DNA of 64,000 nt from NCBI RefSeq assembly GCF_006345805.1, contig NC_043015.1, forward strand, positions 25,730,001 through 25,794,000. The letters are read 5' to 3'. The position numbers were made by a program, and so were the translations under genes. The notes beneath the pieces were generated by a model. The model worked only from the letters and a program-made list of their open reading frames with translations. It was not told where the DNA came from and ran no database searches. This DNA comes from Octopus sinensis. Its lineage: Eukaryota. This document shows positions 54,520 to 64,000 of this stretch, piece by piece. The stretch's first letter is position 1; each line of letters begins with the position of its first letter.

Positions 54520-55940
54520 GTAATTGTTAATTCATCTGCTCCAAAGCCGTGTTCAGCATTCACCTTAGTGCCACCTTCAGAAATGATTCTAGGGATCAAG
54601 TCCCAGGACACTGCAACTTCTTGATTTATCCGACTGCACCTAATATTGGAAAGAATCTGAATTGGAAAGAGACCCCGAATGTGGTCAGGAAGGCAAGAGG
54701 AGGTGCAACATCAGAGTCGAGTGGGGGTTCTTTACAAGGTTTATTAGAAGGGCCAAAGTGTGCTCCACAGGCTCTAGATCACTCTTATGGTTATTTGGAG
54801 AAGAGTAAGTTGGCTCAGCAGTTGAGATATGTGGATGGGATACACCTTAAGCTCGCGAGCCTGCAGTTTGAATAACATCAGAGCAACGCAAGCTCGAGAA
54901 AGCCATTATCACTGGTTCTACCATTTCAGTGAGTCTTTTTGCAACGAAAATGTTGGTGAGGTGAGCGGAAGTGCAGTGTCCAGGGCCACTCATCTAGTTC
55001 GAGATTCAGCAGCGTCCCATTTTGGCTGACCAAACTTTGACAATAACAACTTTTATGAGAAGTAGGTAGATTCTAAAGTGCCGTGAGGAATTGATGATTT
55101 GGACTGGCATAAGTTTCGAGCCAGTCAAGAGAGCTTGTGCTGAAGAAAGGCTGGGTTTTTGGCAAGTTCGGCTTTCGTTCAGTAACATTTAGATGCTGTT
55201 CACCACCGAGAAACTAGTGAAGAGCCTAGGAAAGGTGTTTAAGAGTAGTCTGAAAGACATACATTCCATTCAGGACGAGTCAGTGATGTCTACCTGGAAA
55301 TTTGTGGTCTGGATTTACCAGCATAGCACCTCTGCAATTAAAGAAGTTCATCACTTTTATCAAGGTTTGAGAGAAGATGGCCGCTGCAAGTTTTCACCTC
55401 GGGCCAACTTGCAACGACTAAAAAATTGGGAGCTAAAACTCGACTTGAGAGGCATCGGAAGTTCCCAGAAACTGTCACCTCAATATTACTAAGGCTGAAT
55501 ATGATGCTGATATCAGAAATTTCCACTCAGGTGGTTCTGTTGGATCTCTCCATTCCATAGAGTGTTAATATGAGTAAGGGGAGGAAATATATTATGAGCA
55601 AGTGAACTCATGCCAAAACAATGGTTGGCAAGCAAGGTTTGGGACCCAATCAACGTGGGATGCAGCAGGTTTTCAGGTCAAACTCTGAACAGAGTTTACG
55701 GCATTACAAGGACCAATAGGTCGAATGCTATCAGGTTGACTGCGGATGTAGCAGAGGTTACCACAAAGTGGCAATGGATCAGGAGATGTGAGCACTGGAA
55801 GTGAGCGTGCCACCAGATGTAGTTTCTAACTGGACATATGAAGCTGGGTAAGTGAGAGTGTCCAATGTTCAAGAACCCGAAACACATAATGAAATCATTG
55901 AGGATGTGTCCAGGTACGCCACAGGATGATGTCGATGAAA
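54520..55940 (+). mobile_element. Hero-like (R2 group, RLE) LINE, heavily degenerate
   Basis: WKETPNVVRKAR; TEKLVKSLGKVFKSSLKD; KFVVWIYQH; PINVGCSRFSGQTL...AEVTTKWQWIRR resemble PIEVGCRGF...AExASRWLWxKR. Confidence 0.65.
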
Positions 55941-56385
55941 AAGTGCTTTTAGCAGATTCTTTAAAGAAGTTGACTGATTTTAGTTGTTTTTTCTCTGCAG
56001 CCACCTAGCAGCTTAACCAGTCACACGTACAATATTTCTTTTCTCGTTGGCTGGCACTGCAATGATTTTGACAAGGAGTGTGGTAGACTAACTGCTAAGA
56101 CAGCCATACCATAAATCTTAATAAATTTTTACGAACACACAGAAATCGAAGCGAATCAATCGGAGACAACCGAACTTTGAGGAATCAATTTCTTCGGAAA
56201 AATCTAATTGAATTTATTGCATATTTTCCAAGTATCGATAAAAGACAAGAGACAAGTTAGTAATTGGTGTGAACTGTAAAAATAATTAAATGATTATGAA
56301 CAGATCAGGTGCATCTTATCTAATGGTAAGGAGGAGGAGGAGGAGGAGGAAGAAGAGAAAGAAGAAGAAGGAGAAGAAGAAGAAG

Positions 56386-56416
<31 letters not shown>

Positions 56417-56581
56417 GGAAAAGGAAGGAGATGAACAACAACAACAAGAATGAAAAGAAGAGCATGAAGGAGAACAAGAAGAAAAAAAGAGAGATTAGAA
56501 TGTGCTAGATGCTATAACAGCTGATTAAATTCGATAATATTTGTATGTGGGTGTATATGTGTGTATATTAACTGTGTTCTG

Positions 56582-56612
<31 letters not shown>

Positions 56613-56757
56613 TACATACACACACATATGTAATCAATGGTATATATATAGGTATAGAGAATACGCATTGCTTCTCTGTCTCCATGCGTAAAACTTCGTC
56701 ACGCATACACACGTGTACACACACGCACTCGTAAATAATGTATGTATACACACATAC

Positions 56758-56840
<83 letters not shown>

Positions 56841-57211
56841 CATATACATACATATATATATATACTTTTTAGTACAACGTATGTATATACGTACTTATAG
56901 ATGCATACATATGTAAGTATCCATATATCAACTCATTTCCATCTTTACCAGTCTTGTATATATAGGGTATATGTGATTGCAAGAATATGTAAGCTTCACT
57001 GCTTTATATCACTTTCTCTCTCTCCCTCTCACTCTGTGTGTGTGTCTCTCTCTCTTTCTCTCTCTCCCCTCTCTCTCCCCACGAGTCATTGGAAACAAAA
57101 AGTTCAGTAATCGTGTAAAGATCATGTAATTATCATTGTAATAAAGTTTTTAGTGCTAGAAAGTAGGACAGAACGTTAATGAATTTAAGAACACACACAC
57201 GCATATATATG

Positions 57212-57302
<91 letters not shown>

Positions 57303-58123
57303 CGCGCGCGTGTGTATTTATGAATATGTATATGTATATATATACTTTTGATAAACTATAATAGAATGACGAAGAATAAACACTTCCACAAATGCACGGG
57401 AGCACACACCTACACCTCTGAATATGTATACATATGTGTATGACTCTCTTTTTGCCTTCTGTCGTCGCCTCTTAGCTGATGCTGCAACCATGCTTCCATC
57501 ATCTCCCGCTGTTATATAACACTTTTCCTTTCAGGTTCTTTAACTGTTGTTTACTTTTTGTCCGTTTATATTTATTCAGTTGTAATTAAAATGTGATTTG
57601 CGACACTCATCTAACACGCATTTGCATTTCCGTTAAAATACTTATTCCTTCAATTTCTCTTTGATTTTAAAATCTGCATCTACTTAATTTGTAATGAATC
57701 GGCCACAAAATGAAAGACTACATTTGGTCGTGACCTTAATTTGAACTTGTATTCATAAATTTGACTTCTCGTTGAAATTAATTCCAGTCAGGTAATACGT
57801 CGTTTTACAATTGGTGACACGTCTTACTAAGCTAATCACTAACACTTCGGAAGATCATATGTTGTAGAGCAAGTGCAGATTACGGTCAGAGTGAAGTGTA
57901 GTTGTCCCTTTTATAAGTGATTCGCAACAAAGACGTTTCCAACTATAACGACAAGGAGAGAACGTGTTGTACTCAAAACCATTCTCTCTTGACAAACGTC
58001 TGAGCACTCTGAACGAGGCAGAAACAGACGGGCAGCAACGACAATTGAAACATAGGAATACAGCTAAGAACGCAACACCTCTGTATGCAATGATTTACAT
58101 CCACACACACACACATATATAGA

Positions 58124-58168
<45 letters not shown>

Positions 58169-58596
58169 CCAGGTATACTACTCACGCACAAACGCATATA
58201 TAGACATAACCTAGGCACAACTTGCAGAAAAGTACTCAGACACATAACTGCGCACTTGCACACTCACACTTACCAGCCTATATATGTATAGTATATATAA
58301 AGCGGAAACGTCCCTAAGCGCCTTAATTAATGCACGAATGAAGGCCGAGAGCCTCTTATCTATACGTAAAGTTGGTTGATTTAAGTTTCCACTTATTTTT
58401 CCCTTTATTACTAAAATACAATCTTTAAACGCTATTCGTGTTCCTTATCTATTTCTCTTTCTTCCTTTTAGAGAGCGAACGCTGCTTGGGTGGGGAGAAA
58501 GCGGGAAATTCTGAAAATCTCGAAAAAATATAAATAAGAAGGTGATGATTGTGGGATAATATAGAAAAAGGAATCAATGATGTGTAAGAGTTGAAA

Positions 58597-58661
<65 letters not shown>

Positions 58662-60637
58662 TGTTTGTGTGTGTGTGTGTATTCTTTCACTTTCTAACAA
58701 CATTTTCGATTTCAGTGATAAACAATTACACAAATAGAAGTGTATGAATATATTTTGCAATTATTTATATTTGCACTTACGTTGTCAGTAGTTTCTTTTT
58801 GAATGTCGAAGCATTTCAAAGTTTCAGAAAATGAAATTAATCATAGTATAGGTTTAAACTATTGATTGCAAATTAACTTCTAATCTCTTTATCTATTGAT
58901 TACACATTACTTCCCTCAGTTCTTCCGTATAAAAAACATTCCACTAGCCGTCAGTAGTGCTGTATAGTTTCAATAGAACTATTGACATTTTTCAGTCCCG
59001 TACATTTCTTTCTTCATCATTGGAAATATACAAGCCTTTGTTTCGTTATTTACTGAATTGTGTTATTTTTTTATGCATAAAAATCTCTATACACACAATT
59101 TCAAAGGACTTCATTACAAAGGTTATTAAAAGAAGATCCCACTAAATAATGTGGTGTAATAGGTTGTCAAATACATGAGGTTCCTTCTTTCGAAATAATA
59201 CTCTCTTCATAATTTCGTTGTAATCCCTAGAGCCGAAGATTTTTGTTTTCAATTAGCAGTCTCGAAAATGGAAGGACAGAATATCTAAGAAACAATGTGA
59301 TTTGACCAATGGAATGTCATCCCTAGAAATTCCATTTGTTGAATTACTTTTATTTTCGGAATGTCAAAGTATTATTTAAAAAACAAATTGCATATAAATC
59401 ATTAAACACGCCAACAATATTCTATCAATAATGAATTAAAGTATCATTGAAATAATAAAATTAAAAAAGTAATTTGCTGTAATATTTTCCTACAGAGATC
59501 CTCTTCTAAAACTGAAAACCAAAAGACCACTAATAACTTACTGAAATATTTATCAAGTGTTTTTTCCCGATATTTGTTAAAATATAATTTTCAGTCCATT
59601 TAACCATTCATAGTGCAAACGCCAGACAATGTAGAATATATTTCTTGATTTTCATTGTCTTAAATTGCATATCACACTGAAGACGTTCTGTTTCTACTGA
59701 AACAACTATATGTAATTGGAGATTCATGATATTTATTCACCGCGAAATATATTCAAGATATCTGAAATACGATTCTGCATTTATCTTAAAATGATTATAT
59801 TTATTATTAAGATATAATTGTGAAGAGAATATATTTTCTCTTCCTCGTAAAGTGAAACGTCTTGACCAATCACAATTACGGTTATGAAAGAAAGAAACCA
59901 AGTCATCTATTGTTTATTATGGATTCATTTTAAATAAATATGTATGTATATTTATGTAGATGTGTATGCATATGTATGTATATGTATATATGTATGTATA
60001 TATATATTGTGTATGTGTGTACAACAGCTACAGAATACCTAATTCGAAACCGAATATAATTTCCTACTCGTTGTCAAACAAGTCCTCGACCTAATACTTT
60101 CGCTTTTCTTCACAGAGATTAATGGGAGTGAACTGGTCGCTCAGACCTTTCTCCAGTGATATGGTGAAGAATACCATTGTTCTCGGTTGACCTAATGAGA
60201 TTAACAGAATCTTAAATACACAAGCAATCGTTCTCTGACAGTCATCCTACGTCTGGCCGAGATTGTGGACCTCTTACCGTCGCGCTCTAAGAGATCTGTG
60301 CGTGCATACGTAGACCTCTTACCGATTCTATCTGCATACATTCCTTTGCTTGTCTTAATCTAGTAATAACAGGGATGAAACTTAACTTTTATACAGAATG
60401 GTAATCTACAAATATGCTATGTACAAACAAGTAGCTCAATGAAGTTGTATGTTTCTTACATATTGTAACGACCAATATTGTAATCTTCGTTATAAATGAC
60501 CAACTGGATAATTAGCTAATAATGTTCTTCAATCATTTCTCCAATATATAATTTTAATTCCCTTTCTACATACATTTTTCATACATACACACATACAGAT
60601 ACACACACACACACACACACACATATGTATATATATA

Positions 60638-60760
60638 TTGGCCTGCTGGCTTAGCCAGCGGGGTGGCGTCATTTGAAGGCTAAAACAATGCGAAGCGCAT
60701 TGTGACCAGTGATGTGTAGCAAAATCTGATAGCCTGGTCGGTTACGGTGATCACGGTGAT
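60638..60760 (+). mobile_element. SINE 3' fragment
   Basis: Near-identical to ~17649-17769. Confidence 0.75.
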
Positions 60761-60776
60761 ATATATATATATATAT

Positions 60777-61223
60777 AATCAATGATTAAGGGTAAAATCA
60801 ATTAATTATTAATTAATTTCACCAAGTAGTGTTCAGTATGTAAAAGGCGTAGTACTTTACATACTGAACACTATTACATACTGAACACTATTACAAGGCG
60901 TATTCAAAATATTACGTTATATAATTAGGGCTCAGTAAAATAATTTACTTTGCCACATACTGAAATTTTTAGAAATAGCAGCCAAAAAATGTCGAGTTTA
61001 AATTCGACTAATCTAGAAACGTGAGCGTTCTCAAATAATCTTTGTACATGTGATATTTTGGTGTTTTCCCTCCATATCTACGTGAATTATTTTTGAGTAA
61101 ACACTATCTGGGAGACTCTTCTTAAAGTAGTAGAAATGGTTAAAAAAACTTTTTGGCTGCTATTTCTAAAATTTTCAGTATGCGGCAAAGTAAATTATTT
61201 TACTGAGCCCTAATTATATAACG

Positions 61224-61229
<6 letters not shown>
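60777..61229. mobile_element. (TA)n-flanked element with ~80-bp inverted repeat and a small internal hairpin
   Basis: 60909-60989 is the reverse complement of 61150-61229; an 18-bp hairpin near 60827-60873 has its right arm tandemly duplicated. Confidence 0.8.
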
Positions 61230-61292
<63 letters not shown>

Positions 61293-61293
<1 letters not shown>

Positions 61294-61701
61294 TCTTTAC
61301 TCTTTCTCTTTTACTTGTTTCAGTCATTTGACTGCGGCCATGCTGGAGCACAGCCTTTAGTCGAGCAAATCGACCCCGGGACTTATTCTTTGTAAGCCCA
61401 GTACTTATTCTATCGGTCTCTTTTGCCGAACCGCAAAGTGACAGGGACGTAAACACACAAGCATCGGTTGTCAAGCAATGCTAGGGGGACAAACACACAC
61501 ACAAACATATACACACACATACATATATATATATACATATATACGACAGGCTTCTTTCAGTTTCTGTCTACCAAATCCACTCACAAGGCATTGGTCGGCC
61601 CGGGGCTAAAGCAGAAGACACTTGCCCAAGATGCCACGCAGTGGGACTGAACCCGGAACCATGTGGTTGGTAATCAAGCTACTTACCACACAGCCACTCC
61701 T
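61293..61701 (-). mobile_element. Full-length tRNA-derived SINE with internal microsatellite and CR1-like tail
   Basis: Head ggagtggctgtgtggtaag...gggttcagtccc; tail gctccagcatggccgcagtcaaatgactgaaac resembles the CR1-like 3' end at ~803-840. Confidence 0.85.
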
Positions 61702-62537
61702 CATATATATATATGTGTGTGTGTTTGTGTATGTGTGTGTTTGTGTGTGTATGTGTGTGTGTGTGTATGTGTGTGTACATACATATAAATAGATAGAGAG
61801 AGAGATAGACAGACATGAATATATGTGAACTATTGTCTTCGTATATCTGTGTATTAGGATGCCTGAGGACGTCATTGTTCATAGTTGACCATGTCTATGT
61901 GCTGCGGTGCTGTGCGGTAAGCATAATGGCCGATGCACTTTGTGTTTACTTGTGTGTTTTTGTTTGCAGAGTATACGGCAACAAAGCATACACAGACATA
62001 AAGCCACAAATATATCTACACGCAGAGATAAATATATAAACGTATTGATATAAATCAGTGTATTTACATACGTAAAATAACAATCGTTAGTCTTTTGATA
62101 AAGCATACATAATTAACACTATTGTCAGTCTAGAATGAAAGATGGATCTGCAAAAACTAGGAGGGGAACAGAATACCTTCAAGTGTTTAATCATGTCTAG
62201 CAATGTTTTACGCTCAAGTCACCCAGGTCATGATTTTTTGATACATCACAAAACAATTTACAGTTTCAGTAATGGCACTACAGTTCTCGAAAATAAATAT
62301 CCCCCGAAATACATGGCTGTTTGCGTCAGTTTGTAATAAGTGGTGTGTGCGTCCCTGTGTTAGGGATAACCTGGCTGTTCAGTAAAACAGAACGATATAA
62401 TAAATGTCAAGCTTTTCAAAAAAGTACTGCAAGGTGAGGGTTATTCGTTCGTCTACAACCCTTTAAGGTGGTGCCCCAGCCTGATCGTAGTCTGTAGACA
62501 AGTAAAACATAAACACACACTCAAACTTATATGTATG

Positions 62538-62569
<32 letters not shown>

Positions 62570-62696
62570 TATATATATATATATTATATATATAATATAT
62601 ATATATATATGTATGCGTGTGTGTATGTGTGTATCTATATATACATACACACACATATACTTATATAAAACTTATGTATATAAATATAAATATATA

Positions 62697-63158
62697 TGAG
62701 GTATATTTGCCATCTCAATATGGCTAACCACTAAGGGTGGGTGTTACAAGCTACAGTAACACCCATCCTTAGTGGTTAGCCATATTGAGATGGCAAATAT
62801 TCCTCACATTGTCGTGCAGTTACTGTTTATACCTCGTTCAGAGATTTATTATTGCTTGCATACAGTTTTTCGAGATCAGTGACGAAAAGTTACTGGAAAA
62901 ATGATATAAGTATTTGCATTGGGACCCCTTTTATCGAAAACCGGTGATTGTCGTACACTAATGACACGTCAATACCTAGAAACTGCAGTCCGTGCGTATC
63001 ACTTAGGTTGACTTAAGTGCACAGAAAGTGTGACTAAAGCCAGTTCTCCTGGGGCTACAAGCTACAGTAACACCCACCCTTAGTGGTTAGCCATATTGAG
63101 ATGGCAAATATACCTCACATTGTCGTGCAGTTACTGTTTATACCTCGTTCAGAGATTT

Positions 63159-63161
<3 letters not shown>
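62697..63161 (+). mobile_element. Retrozyme/pLTR-like element: 5' inverted segment plus 106-bp direct repeats (period 311 bp)
   Basis: Hairpin 62697-62806; 62745-62850 repeated at 63056-63161; TA-rich tracts on both sides. Confidence 0.85.
62952..62996 (+). ncRNA. Degenerate hammerhead motif (G5A)
   Basis: cgtaca CTAATGA cacgt caat acct a GAAACTGCAGTC cgtgcg: ACTGCAGT palindrome plus GUC. Confidence 0.6.
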
Positions 63162-63198
<37 letters not shown>

Positions 63199-63359
63199 AG
63201 TAAAATATGAAAAATCAACGAAAATGCGCATTGCAAATAAAAAAAAGGCTTTTTATGAAAGGTAACGACAAATATATACATTTACATAGACGGATGTAGT
63301 CATGAGAGTCATAAAAGTCATTATTATGAGATGATTATAAGATGATAAGAAAGTAAGAA

Positions 63360-64000
63360 AACATTACAACCCACAGAAAACACTAAAAAACTATCCTCCT
63401 TACTCCAAATTTATGGAAAGGGTCTCACTACACATGAAGTAGACTATTTATCCAATTTCAAATGCAGTTCTAGTCTATTCTACGGATTATCCTCGAACTC
63501 AAGTTATACCAATCATCACTAGAAAAATATGGCGCCTCTTTTAATTGTTACTTAAAGGAAGAGATATTTGGATGATTGCTTCATACTTTGGAAAGACAGC
63601 ATGGATAAACTCCTTGATTTCAAATGAATGCTCAACAACATACACAGCAATATACAATTCACTATGGAACACAACAGTAAACAACTCCCTTTTCTAGACA
63701 TCTTGATTAGAATAGTTAACAACCACATAGAAATAGACATCTTTTATAAACCCACAGATTCTAAACAATACTTATCATTTAACTCCTGCCACCCCAATTA
63801 CATAAAAATCAACATACACTTTAACCTAGCGAAAAGAATCTGCACCATAGTTTCGGATACATTTACTCGAGAACAAAGACTCCTTGAACTTAGATCTACA
63901 CTAACTAAAAGACATTACCCAATCTCATTAGTAAATGAAGGCATCAAAAGGGCTAAGGAAATAGATATACAAATGTTAAGGAAAACTAGCCGAAATACTA
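63360..64000 (+). pseudogene. Penelope-like element reverse transcriptase (decayed; continues past the window end)
   Basis: Manual translation: GLTTHEVDYLSNFKCSSSLFYGL, deletion, LELKLYQ..., KRYLDDCFILW (YLDD 63565-63576), stop at 63625, IQFTME...LPFLDILI...DIFYKPTDSKQYLSFNSCHP..IKINIHFNLAKRICTIVSD...RHYP; all PLE RT/thumb motifs; absent from the ORF track. Confidence 0.92.

Noticed and set aside
59670-59722. CTGAAGA...GAAACAACTATATGTA
   Set aside because: Stem II has only 2 bp, stem I does not pair, and there is no repeat context; likely chance
63625-63627. In-frame TGA in the PLE RT as a selenocysteine codon
   Set aside because: The copy also has frameshifts and a deletion, and the position is not an evident conserved cysteine; simple decay is more likely

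Overview
Eukaryotic, AT-rich, microsatellite-saturated intergenic or intronic DNA. The repeat repertoire resembles an octopus (coleoid cephalopod) genome, which is an inference. I found no host protein-coding gene; nearly all ORFs in the track are translations of (TA)n, (CA)n, (TATG)n or (AAT)n repeats. Recognisable coding remnants are decayed transposons: CR1-like, RTE, L1/Tx1-like, R4/Dong-like, CRE-like and Hero-like LINE fragments, a mariner transposase, and a Penelope-like element (PLE) reverse transcriptase at the right edge. Several tRNA-derived SINE families are present. The main unexplained structure is a dense set of about 10 different small non-coding elements, most flanked by (TA)n. 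They show long inverted or direct (pseudo-LTR-like) repeats, and most carry a minimal type I hammerhead ribozyme (HHR) motif with a palindromic helix III. Between families the core covaries at the 3-8 tertiary pair (C-G, U-A, G-C). The best case, 40257-41031, has two apparently identical intact HHRs 445 nt apart, the architecture of a retrozyme predicted to release a circularisable RNA. All ribozyme calls are from motif and pairing inspection by eye; no activity is shown.
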